A stretch of DNA of 64,000 nt from an uncultured Alphaproteobacteria bacterium (lineage in GTDB: Bacteria > Pseudomonadota > Alphaproteobacteria > Methylaequorales > Methylaequoraceae), in the NCBI GenBank assembly GCA_902550225.1, contig CACCYL010000006.1, positions 905 to 64,904 on the forward strand, written 5' to 3'. The notes beneath the pieces were generated by a model. The model searched no databases, had not been told where the DNA came from, and was given only the letters and a program-made list of their open reading frames with translations. Numbering within the stretch: position 1 is the first letter of the stretch; each line of letters opens with the position of its first letter. Positions 9,863-19,966 of the stretch are shown here, in pieces. A program made the position numbers and the translations under genes.

Positions 9863-10289
9863 CGTACAAATATTTTAATGAGTTAATTGCTATTTGATAA
9901 ACTTGAGTACCAAATCCTGCTATGATACCATTAACTACAGGACTAATGAAAGAATTTTTTCTAAACTCCTCTCTGTTGTAAATATTTGAAATATGTACTT
10001 CAATTTTTGGAATTTTGATTATCTTGAGTGCATCATGAATGGCAATTGAGGTATGTGTAAGTGCCCCAGCATTTATTATCATTCCATTATAATTCTTACA
10101 AATGTGAATTTTATCAATGATTTCACTTTCTGAGTTGCTTTGGAAAAAGTTTAAACTTAATTTGTCTTTTTTAAATTTTTCGCAACACTCTTTCTCAATT
10201 TCTTTAAGAGTCTTTGTCCCATACAAGTCTACTTCTCTCTCTCCAAGTAAATTTAGGTTAGGACCATTAATAATTATAATCTTTTTCAT
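9846..10289 (-). CDS. aroQ: type II 3-dehydroquinate dehydratase
   Basis: IIIINGPNLNLLGERE..YG, INAGALTHTSIAIHDAL, EVHISNIYNREEFR. Confidence 0.94.
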   Translation of the reverse strand: MKKIIIINGPNLNLLGEREVDLYGTKTLKEIEKECCEKFKKDKLSLNFFQSNSESEIIDKIHICKNYNGMIINAGALTHTSIAIHDALKIIKIPKIEVHISNIYNREEFRKNSFISPVVNGIIAGFGTQVYQIAINSLKYLYDEKTG

Positions 10290-11584
10290 TTTTTTCTCTT
10301 TTTCATTTCATACTTGAGATCTAATAATTTTTTTTGAAGGACAGGATCTTTTGTTATTTTTGTAGCTCTATCAAGATGGATTTTAGCATTTTCAATCTTT
10401 CCGATTAACATATATTTTTCCGCAAAAGCGTATGAGGAATAATCTAATTTTTTTAATTTTCCGTAGTTTAAACCTAAATAATGCCAAGCATCAATAGGAA
10501 ATTCATCTTTTTTTACATACTCCAATAAAAGTTGTATTGATTTTTCTTGGTTGTCTCTAATATTGCTGTGATACAGTGACTTAGCTAAAAACAATGCAAA
10601 ACCTTTTTCATTAGGTAATATGGATTTTGAAATGAAAAATGATTTAATTGCATTTTGGAAATTTCCACTTTCATAATACATCTGACCTTTAAGTTCATGA
10701 AAATACGGATTTTTGTTGTCTTTTTTTATACATTGATCAATGTATTTCATCGCTACATCAATTTTTCCAACTCTATAATTATGAAGAGCATGTGCATATA
10801 AACTCTCTAAATTAATTAATTTAGGGTATAGGTAATCTAACTGTTCTTTTTTGAGAAAAAAACCGTTAAGTTTGGCTTTAGCTAATTTAAATCTATCATT
10901 TAGTTTCTCGTATTTTTTAATTTTTTGATTTTCAAAGTTAATTTTTATATTTCTGATTCTTTCTGTTGAAAGTGGATGAGTAAGAAAATACGGGTTTATT
11001 TTTCTCAATTTTTCATTTCTCTGAATTTCACTAAAAATATTTATCAATCCTTGAAGTGAGAAACCATTTTTTTTAAGTAATCTTATTGCAGTTTGATCTG
11101 CGAGAGATTCTTGAGAACGAGAAAAAGCTAACATTCTTGATGTTCCAAGATGTTGTCCCCCCATTAATATTGCTGTTCCAGCATTATAGGCACCACCAGC
11201 TATCGCTCCAACTGCAAGAATAGAGGATAAAATATTTATAACGGAATTTTTTTCCATCTTTTTTTGTCTTTTTTGAAAATGTCCTCCTAAAACATGTCCA
11301 ATTTCATGAGAAATTACTCCTGCGACATCTTCAACTTTTTTACTTTTTAATAATAGTTCAGTCGTAAAAAAAAACTTTTTATCTGGTGTCACTAAAGCGT
11401 TGATAAATTTTTGGTTATCTAAATAAAAAGTCAAAATATCATTTTCGAGCTGAGTTCCTCTTACAAGTATTTTGCTAATATCGTTTAGAAGATTTTCAAT
11501 TTCAGCATCTCTAATAACGTTAATAGAATTTGCTTTAATAGAAGTATAAAAAAAAATTATTAAAAAAGTTATTAGTGTTTTCAT
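10286..11584 (-). CDS. M48 family metalloprotease with C-terminal TPR-like region (BepA-like)
   Basis: Signal peptide, HEIGHVLGGH zinc motif, helical repeat tail. Confidence 0.8.
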   Translation of the reverse strand: MKTLITFLIIFFYTSIKANSINVIRDAEIENLLNDISKILVRGTQLENDILTFYLDNQKFINALVTPDKKFFFTTELLLKSKKVEDVAGVISHEIGHVLGGHFQKRQKKMEKNSVINILSSILAVGAIAGGAYNAGTAILMGGQHLGTSRMLAFSRSQESLADQTAIRLLKKNGFSLQGLINIFSEIQRNEKLRKINPYFLTHPLSTERIRNIKINFENQKIKKYEKLNDRFKLAKAKLNGFFLKKEQLDYLYPKLINLESLYAHALHNYRVGKIDVAMKYIDQCIKKDNKNPYFHELKGQMYYESGNFQNAIKSFFISKSILPNEKGFALFLAKSLYHSNIRDNQEKSIQLLLEYVKKDEFPIDAWHYLGLNYGKLKKLDYSSYAFAEKYMLIGKIENAKIHLDRATKITKDPVLQKKLLDLKYEMKKRKK

Positions 11585-11617
11585 ATAAATTAGTTTAATT
11601 TAACTTAGTATTTTCCA

Positions 11618-12778
11618 ATGACAAACAGAATATATCTTCCAGCTAATAGATCTAATATAGATTCATTTTATGTAATGGAATTATTATACAATGCTAATAA
11701 ACTTCAAGCGAATGGAAAAAAAATCTTTCATCTTGAATTAGGTGAACCAATCTCAAAAACTCCAAAAGCTGTTTTGAATGAAGCTTCAAGATTGTCTCGA
11801 CTGTCTCTTCCAGGTTATACTCCATCAAATGGTATAGAGGAACTTAGAGTCAGAATTTCAGAATTTTACAAATCTAGATACAATTTAAAAATAAGTTCTG
11901 ACCAAATCTTTATTACAACAGGTTCCTCTGGAGCATTTTTACTAACTTTCTTGTCATGTTTCGATAGAGGTTCGAGGGTAGCAATATTTAATCCAGTATA
12001 TCCTGCATACAGAAATATACTTAAGTCATTAGATATTGATGTGATAGAAATTTATCCAGATAAAAACAAGATTGATAAAATTGATCCTTTTTCAATTTCA
12101 AAGAAAAAGATTGACGGACTTATTATTTCGAATCCTAATAATCCTAACGGTCAGACTTTTACAAATAGTGAATTAAAATTCATTTATGAATATTGTAAAA
12201 AAAATAAAGTAATTTTGATATCAGATGAAATCTATCACGGAATAGAATACGGAAAACAAATAAAGTCAATGCTTAATTACGGGAATAAAGCAATAGTAAT
12301 AAATAGCTTTTCAAAATTTTTTTGTATGCCTGGATGGAGACTTGGTTGGGCAATAATTCCAAAAGAATTGAAAGAAAATTTTTTAAAATTATCGCAAAAC
12401 CTTTTTATTTCGTCAGGCAATATTGCGCAATATTCAGCTTTGAAGGTATTTGATTCAATTAATGAATTAAATAAAATTGTCAAAGTCTATCATTCAACAA
12501 GAAATAAAGTTTTAAAAATTTTAAAAAATATACCTTTAATCAAATTTAATGAACCACAGGGATCATTTTATTTTTATATCGATATACAAAATACAAAACT
12601 TGACTCGTTTGAATTTGTAAATAAGCTAATGGTAGAGACTGGCGTGGTTTTAACACCAGGTATAGATTTTGATAAAAAATTTGGTTCTAGAACCGTAAGA
12701 CTAGCCTTTTCATCAGAACAAGGTTTGGTTGTAGAAGCCGTAGAGAGAATTCACAGCTGGTTTAGAAAAAACTATTGA
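11618..12778 (+). CDS. pyridoxal-phosphate-dependent aminotransferase, class I/II
   Basis: SNPNNPNG, SDEIYHG, and NSFSKFFCMPGWRLGW containing the PLP lysine. Confidence 0.88.
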   Translation: MTNRIYLPANRSNIDSFYVMELLYNANKLQANGKKIFHLELGEPISKTPKAVLNEASRLSRLSLPGYTPSNGIEELRVRISEFYKSRYNLKISSDQIFITTGSSGAFLLTFLSCFDRGSRVAIFNPVYPAYRNILKSLDIDVIEIYPDKNKIDKIDPFSISKKKIDGLIISNPNNPNGQTFTNSELKFIYEYCKKNKVILISDEIYHGIEYGKQIKSMLNYGNKAIVINSFSKFFCMPGWRLGWAIIPKELKENFLKLSQNLFISSGNIAQYSALKVFDSINELNKIVKVYHSTRNKVLKILKNIPLIKFNEPQGSFYFYIDIQNTKLDSFEFVNKLMVETGVVLTPGIDFDKKFGSRTVRLAFSSEQGLVVEAVERIHSWFRKNY

Positions 12779-14799
12779 CTCCACCAACCTTGTCTTTTTT
12801 CTATTTTTTTATCATTGCTTCCTGGCAAAACCTTTATTTGTTTCAAATTATCAGTTTTAGATCTACTTTTATTAGTTGATTCAGTTTTTGTAATATTTTT
12901 TTTCTTCTCAAAGTCATTGGCTTTTGCTCTATAACTTACTCTTTTCTTTTTAGTATCTATATCATTGACTTTATTTTGAAAATCTTTTTTCTCGTTGCCA
13001 TCTTCTGAATTTACCAAATAATCATAGAAATTTTCTATATTACTGCTTTCATGACAATTTTTATACAAAACTTCTGTTGCAGAACAAATCAAAAATTCAT
13101 TATTTTTCAAGTTAGGATAGTGACTGACTATAACTTTTTTTGAAAGTATAGAATGGTTCTTATCTTCGCCTTTTTTTAAAATTAAGTCGTACAATTCCTT
13201 CCCTGTAAGAAGAAAAATATTTTTGTAAACGGCATTTAGAGAATACTCATTACAAACTTTTATTAATTGCTCATACAGAAAATCTATAGACGTTATACTA
13301 CCATAACCATTACAAGTATGGCATCTTTTGGACACGACCGTGTCAGTAGTCACTTTTAATCTTTGTCTAGAGAGTTCTAATAATCCAAAATTACTTATTC
13401 TACCTACTTGAATTCTTGCTCGGTCTTCTCTGAGACATTCTTTAAGCTTTCTTTCAACTTTGATGTTATGACCTCTATCAAGCATATCTATAAAATCTAT
13501 AACAACTAATCCTGCTAAATCGCGAATTCGCAATTGTTTGCTAATTTCCTCTGAAGCTTCTAAATTCGTCTTAAAAGCGGTATCCTCAATGTTTCGTTGT
13601 TTCGTATATTTACCTGAATTAATGTCAATCGAAACTAGGGCTTCGGTTTGATTTATAACAAGGTACCCTCCAGATTTCAAATTAACTGTTGGATTGTTAA
13701 TACCTATAATTTTCTTTTCAAGTCCAAAGCTAGAAAAGAGCGGTTTTTTATCAGTATAATTTTTTACCGATTTTAACGAACTTGGCATAAATTGTTTAAC
13801 AATTTCTCTTGATTTCTTGAGTGTTTCCTTTTCATTAATTAAGATTTGATCAAAGGAGGAATCAAAATAATCTCTTATACATCTTTTTATAATATTATCT
13901 TCTTCGTGAATAAGACATGGAGCATTGGATTTGATTGTTTTAGAAGTAATTTCACTCCAAAGTTTTATCAAAGAATTATAATCTCTTTTAATTTCTTTTA
14001 TTCCCATGATTTGCCCTGCTGTTCTGATTATAACGCCCATACCTTTTTTAATATTTAATTTGCTTAAAAGATCTTTTAATTTTTTCCTTAATTTTACGTC
14101 TTCAATCTTTCTAGATATACCACCGCCTTTATTTGTATTGGGCATTAAAACACAGTATTTTCCAGCCAATGATAATCTTGTTGTAACGGCCGCTCCTTTA
14201 TTACCTCTCTCTTCTTTTACTACTTGAATCAATATTACTTGATTACTTTTGATTACCTCCTGAATGCTGTATTTCCTGTGAAAAATAATTTGAGAATTCT
14301 TTGGAGAATTTTTAAATTTTTTTCTTTTTCTGATTTTTTGCACGGGGAATTCTTCAATTGGTTTATAATTAAAAAAATCAAATACTTTCGACAGAAAACC
14401 TTTTTGTTGATTGCTTTCGTTTGAGTTGTTGTGTTGATTTATGACCCTCTCATTGTTGATATGTTGATCCTCAAAGTCATCATCTTCTTCATCAATTGGA
14501 ACAATCTTAGAAGCTTCTAATTCTTGTTGAAGTAATTTTTTTTTATCAGAAGTAGGGATCTTGAAATAATCGGGGTGAATTTCATTATATGCAAGAAATC
14601 CGTGTTTATTTCCTCCATAATCAACAAATGCAGCTTGAAGTGATGGCTCGACTCGAACAATTTTTGCTAAATAAATATTTCCTTTTATTCTTTCATTTTT
14701 AATTTTTTCAGACTCGTAATCTATTAAATTATTCTTTTCAATTATTGCAACTCTTATAATTTCTTTGTGAGATGCATCAATTAACATTTTCTTCTTCAT
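12772..14799 (-). CDS. rne: ribonuclease E/G family endoribonuclease
   Basis: S1 domain (GNIYLAKIVRVEPSLQAAFVDYG), catalytic core (SIDINSGK, VIDFIDM) and a lysine-rich tail. Confidence 0.9.
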   Translation of the reverse strand: MKKKMLIDASHKEIIRVAIIEKNNLIDYESEKIKNERIKGNIYLAKIVRVEPSLQAAFVDYGGNKHGFLAYNEIHPDYFKIPTSDKKKLLQQELEASKIVPIDEEDDDFEDQHINNERVINQHNNSNESNQQKGFLSKVFDFFNYKPIEEFPVQKIRKRKKFKNSPKNSQIIFHRKYSIQEVIKSNQVILIQVVKEERGNKGAAVTTRLSLAGKYCVLMPNTNKGGGISRKIEDVKLRKKLKDLLSKLNIKKGMGVIIRTAGQIMGIKEIKRDYNSLIKLWSEITSKTIKSNAPCLIHEEDNIIKRCIRDYFDSSFDQILINEKETLKKSREIVKQFMPSSLKSVKNYTDKKPLFSSFGLEKKIIGINNPTVNLKSGGYLVINQTEALVSIDINSGKYTKQRNIEDTAFKTNLEASEEISKQLRIRDLAGLVVIDFIDMLDRGHNIKVERKLKECLREDRARIQVGRISNFGLLELSRQRLKVTTDTVVSKRCHTCNGYGSITSIDFLYEQLIKVCNEYSLNAVYKNIFLLTGKELYDLILKKGEDKNHSILSKKVIVSHYPNLKNNEFLICSATEVLYKNCHESSNIENFYDYLVNSEDGNEKKDFQNKVNDIDTKKKRVSYRAKANDFEKKKNITKTESTNKSRSKTDNLKQIKVLPGSNDKKIEKRQGWWSQ

Positions 14800-14935
14800 T
14801 TTTTTATCCTTATAAAATCTTTAACCTAATCTGTATTTTTTCAGTATGGCACATAAATTTAAAAAAATCATGGAAGATATTGATTTTTTTTAAAAAAAAA
14901 ACACTATATCTAGTATAACTTATTTTTTTTTTAAA

Positions 14936-15997
14936 TTGATTTATTTTTTTAAATTCATTTTTCTCTTTATTATTTATTTTAATCAAGCATATTCTATTGA
15001 ATTAGTAAATTTAAGATTTGGTTCTAATGGAGAAATAAAAAGAATAGTACTCGATCTTACTCAAGATACTTCTTTTAATTCAAAGGTTTTTGATAAGAGG
15101 ATTGAAATCTTTTTTAAAGATGAAATAGAAGTAAATAAAAGATTTGCAACAAAAAATGATTTAAGTGAAATTGCTTATAACAAGAAATTAAAGAAATTAT
15201 CGTTAAATTTTAATAAAAATATTTTCTCTACAAATATTTACTTACTTAAAAAAAGAAAAGAATTTCACTCAAGAATCGTTATTGATTATTCCTTAAGTAA
15301 AAAAAAAAGAAAAACAATTATTATTGACCCGGGCCATGGAGGTCGAGATTCTGGTGCAGTTGGCATTTTTAAAAATCTTGAAAAAAATATAACGTTAAAA
15401 GTAGGTTTGCTTCTAAAAAAAAGATTTGAACAAAAAACTGATTACAAAGTCATTCTGACTAGAGATAAAGATTTTTTTTTAAAACTTAGAAGTAGAACAA
15501 GAATAGCAAAAAAAAATAATGCTGATGTTTTTATTTCTTTACACGCTGATTTTAATAGAAACGCAAGAGCTAGGGGCATTTCTCTCTATACTCTTTCTGA
15601 GAGAGCCTCTGATAAAGAGGCTGCGGCTTTAGCAAGAAGAGAAAACAAGTCAGACTTAATTGATGGTGTGGATTTGTCGGAAGAAACTTCTGAAGTTACG
15701 TCAATACTTTTAGATCTAACAAAAAGAGATACTTTGAATCAGTCAAGTTTACTGGTAAGATTTTTGATTGAATCTTTCAAAAATGATTTTAATCTTCTCC
15801 AAAGAACTCACCGTTCAGCTGGTTTTGCAGTTTTAAAATCTTTAGATATACCCTCTGTACTTTTAGAAATGGGTTACTTATCCAATAAAAATGATTCTAA
15901 ATTATTGATATCTGAGGATTACCAAAGAAAATTGTCTGATAAAATCGTAAAAGCTGTTATAAACTATTTTAATTGGAAAGAAAAAAATGATATTTAG
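14936..15997 (+). CDS. N-acetylmuramoyl-L-alanine amidase (AMIN + Amidase_3)
   Basis: IIIDPGHGGRDSGAVG, SLHAD, LLEMGYLSN motifs. TTG start as in the ORF track. Confidence 0.88.
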   Translation: MIYFFKFIFLFIIYFNQAYSIELVNLRFGSNGEIKRIVLDLTQDTSFNSKVFDKRIEIFFKDEIEVNKRFATKNDLSEIAYNKKLKKLSLNFNKNIFSTNIYLLKKRKEFHSRIVIDYSLSKKKRKTIIIDPGHGGRDSGAVGIFKNLEKNITLKVGLLLKKRFEQKTDYKVILTRDKDFFLKLRSRTRIAKKNNADVFISLHADFNRNARARGISLYTLSERASDKEAAALARRENKSDLIDGVDLSEETSEVTSILLDLTKRDTLNQSSLLVRFLIESFKNDFNLLQRTHRSAGFAVLKSLDIPSVLLEMGYLSNKNDSKLLISEDYQRKLSDKIVKAVINYFNWKEKNDI

Positions 15998-16006
15998 GTT
16001 TTTGCA

Positions 16007-18364
16007 ATGAGAAGATATTTAAAAAATTTTTTTATGTTATTTTTAATTGGAATAATATCCTCCTTCCTATCTTTAATTTTTATCGCATATATGTTTGGTA
16101 AAGATCTTCCAAATTTTGACAAACTCTCGTACTATCAACCAAGACTAGTATCTAAAATTTTTACATCTAACGGCAATTTTTTAGAGGACTATTCGAATGA
16201 AAATCGAATCTTTGCAAAATATGAAGAAATTCCTACTGAATTAATCAACTGCTTTTTGGTTTCAGAGGACGTAAATTTTTACAATCATATTGGCATTGAC
16301 GTAAAAGGAATCTTTAGAGCTTTTTTAAAAAATGTTATGAAAACATTCAGTAATAAAAGACCAGAGGGCGCTTCCACGATTACACAACAAGTCGCAAAAA
16401 ACTTTCTGTTAACAAATGAGATTTCTTACAGCAGAAAAATAAAAGAAATTATCCTAGCACTGAGAATGGAAAAAGTACTTAAAAAAGAGAATATTATGGA
16501 ACTTTATTTGAATGAAATATATTTAGGTGGTGGGTCATATGGAATTAGGTCTGCTTCACTCAATTATTTTAATAAGTCTTTATCTGATCTTGAGTTAGAT
16601 GAAATGGCAATGTTAGCAGCTTTACCAAAAGCTCCTTCAACATATAATCCATATAAAAACCCTATTAAAGCTTTGAAAAGAAGAAATTGGGTTCTTAAAA
16701 GACTTCTAGATGAAAATTTTATCAAAGTGGATGAATATGATCTAATGATCAGCAAACCTATCAAGCTTTCCAAAAGCAAAAAAATACTGAATAACAGGGC
16801 CTCATTCTTTAAAGAAGAGGTAAGAAGAGAAATCATTTCTATGTTTAATGAAAGTAAACTATATGATGGCGGAATGACAATTATGACAAGTTTAGACGAA
16901 AGCATCCAACTTCAAGCCGAAGAATCCTTTAGAAAAGGTATAAATGAATTTTCAAGTAGAAAAGGATGGCAAGGACCAATAGCAAACTTCAAAGAAAAAA
17001 AGAACTTTGAAAAACTAATTTCTGAATTTAAAAAGCCGGAAGGTTTATTTGACAAACAAATTGGGGTTGTCACAAGAATTAATAAAGAATTTATTAAAAT
17101 TTTATTAAGTGATAAAAAAAAAATACGTCTTAATTTTGAAAATATAAAACTTATCAGAGATAAAAAATTTCAAATGAAAGATAAATTTAAAATAGGTGAT
17201 GTTATCGTTTTAGAATTTGATAAAACAACTAAAACTTATAACTTGAGTCAAATCCCTAAAGTAAATGGAGGACTTGTTGTGTTAGATAATAACACTGGAA
17301 GAATTTTAGCTATGGTAGGTGGTTACGATTCAAGTTCTTCTTTCAATAGATCAACACAAGCAAAAAGACAACTTGGTTCATCTTTCAAACCTATAGTTTA
17401 TCTTGCAGCACTTGAAGATGGATATTCTCCAGTTACAAAAGTGCTTGATGCTCCTTTTGTAATCGATGATTATTCAAAAGATGGTATCTGGCGACCTACA
17501 AACTATGGTGATAAATTTTATGGACTGAGTACATTGAGACTTGGTATTGAAAAGTCCAGGAATTTAATGACAGTCAGACTCTCAGATAGAATTGGACTTG
17601 ATAAAATTGCAAAGATCTCGACAGATCTTGGAATTTATGAAAAATTCCCACATTTAATATCAAGTTCCTTGGGCTCTCTTGAAAGTTCATTAATTAAAAT
17701 TACATCCGCCTATGCAACTTTAGCGAATGGAGGTAAAAGAGTAGAACCGGTAATAATAGATGCTATCTATGATAATAATGGCAATTTTTTATTTAAAGGT
17801 GATAAAAGAAAGTGTCTAAATTGTAATATTCCAATCAAATCAGATTTAGAAACCTCAGTGATAAATAATTTTGAAATACCCAAAATCAAAAATAATAAAA
17901 AAAATATTTTTTCAAGTGAATCAGCATATCAAATGACCTCATTTTTAATTGGAGTTATTCAAAGAGGTACTGCAAAAAATATCAACGATTTCGACTTTCA
18001 AGTCGCAGGTAAAACAGGAACAACAAATGATAATCAGGATGCTTGGTTTGTAGGGTACAATTCAGAAATTACTATAGGTGTATTCGTTGGTTATGACGTT
18101 CCTAAGTCTCTTGGAAGGTTTGAAACTGGCTCAAAAGTTGCAGCTCCAATCTTTCATGACTTAATGAAAAAAATTTATAAGAATAAAAAGCCTAAACCGT
18201 TTGTCATTCCAGAAAATATAAAATTTATCAATGTTGATTTAGTTTCGGGAAAACCAAGTACCGATAATTTTATTACGGAAGCATTTAAAAATAACTTTGA
18301 TTTTGATTTTGATCAAAAGAATGATAACAAGGATAATAAATTTGATTTGAGGGGATTTTATTGA
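16007..18364 (+). CDS. mrcA: penicillin-binding protein 1A (bifunctional transglycosylase/transpeptidase)
   Basis: GT51 motifs (EDVNFYNHIGID, GASTITQQ) and transpeptidase motifs (SSFK, KTGTT). Confidence 0.93.
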   Translation: MRRYLKNFFMLFLIGIISSFLSLIFIAYMFGKDLPNFDKLSYYQPRLVSKIFTSNGNFLEDYSNENRIFAKYEEIPTELINCFLVSEDVNFYNHIGIDVKGIFRAFLKNVMKTFSNKRPEGASTITQQVAKNFLLTNEISYSRKIKEIILALRMEKVLKKENIMELYLNEIYLGGGSYGIRSASLNYFNKSLSDLELDEMAMLAALPKAPSTYNPYKNPIKALKRRNWVLKRLLDENFIKVDEYDLMISKPIKLSKSKKILNNRASFFKEEVRREIISMFNESKLYDGGMTIMTSLDESIQLQAEESFRKGINEFSSRKGWQGPIANFKEKKNFEKLISEFKKPEGLFDKQIGVVTRINKEFIKILLSDKKKIRLNFENIKLIRDKKFQMKDKFKIGDVIVLEFDKTTKTYNLSQIPKVNGGLVVLDNNTGRILAMVGGYDSSSSFNRSTQAKRQLGSSFKPIVYLAALEDGYSPVTKVLDAPFVIDDYSKDGIWRPTNYGDKFYGLSTLRLGIEKSRNLMTVRLSDRIGLDKIAKISTDLGIYEKFPHLISSSLGSLESSLIKITSAYATLANGGKRVEPVIIDAIYDNNGNFLFKGDKRKCLNCNIPIKSDLETSVINNFEIPKIKNNKKNIFSSESAYQMTSFLIGVIQRGTAKNINDFDFQVAGKTGTTNDNQDAWFVGYNSEITIGVFVGYDVPKSLGRFETGSKVAAPIFHDLMKKIYKNKKPKPFVIPENIKFINVDLVSGKPSTDNFITEAFKNNFDFDFDQKNDNKDNKFDLRGFY

Positions 18365-19459
18365 TGAGTAACGAAAATGCAGATTTGATTGTAAAGTTGC
18401 AAGGTTTGATAGCGAACCTGAGGGGGTTCGTTTGAAAAAAAAGGTTTAAATGATGAGCTCAGATTAATTGATTCAAGGCTTCAAGATCAGAAAAATTGGA
18501 AAAATCACGATCTTTTAAATAAAGATATGAAAAGAAAAAATTTTTTAATAAATTTTTTAAACTCTATCGACACTAATGAAGAAAATTTTAAAGATACAAG
18601 AGATTTGTTAACTATTTCAGATAATAGCAACGATAAAGATCTTCTTAATGATTTGAAAAGTGAATTTATTACAATTGAAAAAAATTTAACCAAACTTTAT
18701 CTCGAAACTCTTTTGACTGGAAAGGCTGATTCAAATAATTCTCTGGTTGAAATTCATTCTGGAGCAGGTGGAGTTGAATCCCAGGATTGGGTAGCAATTT
18801 TGTTTAGAATGTATACGAGATGGTGCGATTTAAAGGGTTTTAATACAGAGTTAGTGGATCAGAATATTGGTGAAGAAGCTGGATATAAATCTTTAACATT
18901 TAAAGTAAAAGGAGAAAATTCATATGGATGGCTAAAGTATGAAAATGGTGTTCACCGGCTTGTAAGGATTTCTCCATTTGACTCTCAATCGAGGAGACAT
19001 ACTAGTTTTGCTTCCGTTTATTGTTATCCAGAAATAGATAGTAGTGTTGAAATTATAATATCTGATAAAGATATTAAAATAGATACATTTCGAGCATCGG
19101 GAGCTGGCGGTCAACATGTGAACAAAACAGACAGTGCAATAAGAATTACGCATCTTCCCACAAAAATTTCCGTTCAATGCCAAAGTAGTAGGTCTCAACA
19201 TAGAAATAAGTCATTAGCAATAGAAATGCTTAAATCTAAATTATACGAAAAACAAATAATTAAGGAGGAAGAAGAAAATAAAAAAAATAGAGATGAAAGA
19301 GGTGAGATTGGCTGGGGTAACCAAATAAGGTCATATATTCTTCAACCCTATACAATGGTGAAAGACCATCGAACAAATAAGCAAACCTCTGACACGAGTG
19401 GGGTACTTGATGGAAAGATTGATTTTTTCTTAGAAAATCAGTTGATAAAATTTAATTAG
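18364..19459 (+). CDS. prfB: peptide chain release factor 2, made by a programmed +1 frameshift: join(18364..18432,18434..19459)
   Basis: ATG 18364 overlaps the mrcA stop (TGATG). The 23-codon leader MSNENADLIVKLQGLIANLRGFV ends at an in-frame TGA (18433-18435). The +1 frame is open only from 18422 and continues EKKGLNDEL... into the SPF and GGQ motifs. Confidence 0.92.
18421..18436 (+). promoter_or_regulatory. prfB autoregulatory +1 frameshift cassette: internal SD-like AGGGGG, 3-nt spacer, GTT_TGA_A
   Basis: AGGGGG TTC GTT TGA A has the same geometry as the E. coli cassette AGGGGG TAT CTT TGA C. Confidence 0.85.
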
Positions 19460-19908
19460 GCTATGGAATTTAAAACTTCTTCTGCATGCCCGTTGACTTT
19501 GACTTTTCTCCAAGATTTAATTAGTTGAAGATTTTCATCAAACAAAAATGTAGATCTTTCGATACCCATATATGTTTTTCCATACATTGACTTTTCAACC
19601 CAAACTTTAAAAGTTTCGCATATTTTAAGATCTTCATCTGAAGCTAACTTAAGACTTAGGTTATATTTAGAAATAAATTTTTGATGTTTCTCAACTGAGT
19701 CTTTAGACACACCTATTATATTAACATTTTTTTTTTCAAAATCGTTTTTGAGATTTGAAAACTCTAATGCTTCTTTTGTACATCCAGGTGTATCGTCCTT
19801 TGGATAAAAATAGATAACTAGTTTCTTACCAGCTAGGTCAGGTGAAGATATTACAGTATCTTTATCAATTATAAATTTTAAGTTTGTAAGTTTTTGTCCA
19901 ATTTTCAT
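19456..19908 (-). CDS. bcp: thioredoxin-dependent peroxiredoxin Bcp
   Basis: YFYPKDDTPGCTKEA active-site motif. 150 aa. Confidence 0.9.
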   Translation of the reverse strand: MKIGQKLTNLKFIIDKDTVISSPDLAGKKLVIYFYPKDDTPGCTKEALEFSNLKNDFEKKNVNIIGVSKDSVEKHQKFISKYNLSLKLASDEDLKICETFKVWVEKSMYGKTYMGIERSTFLFDENLQLIKSWRKVKVNGHAEEVLNSIA

Positions 19909-19966
19909 AATTAATTACAATTTATGTACAGTTTTTTATCACGTAAGTTATATTAGTAAAGATATT

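Noticed and set aside
14861-14890. 10-bp inverted repeat AAAAAAATCA/TGATTTTTTT with a 10-nt loop in the rne/amidase divergent spacer (possible rne 5'-UTR autoregulatory hairpin)
   Set aside because: The stem is almost entirely A-T, so it is thermodynamically weak and expected by chance in poly(A)/poly(T)-rich spacers. I see no basis for equating it with the E. coli rne hp2 element.
18505-18693. 62-aa minus-strand ORF, and the apparent 160-nt gap between mrcA and the track's prfB ORF
   Set aside because: The gap is the prfB leader plus its frameshift site. The minus-strand ORF is antisense to the RF2 coding sequence.
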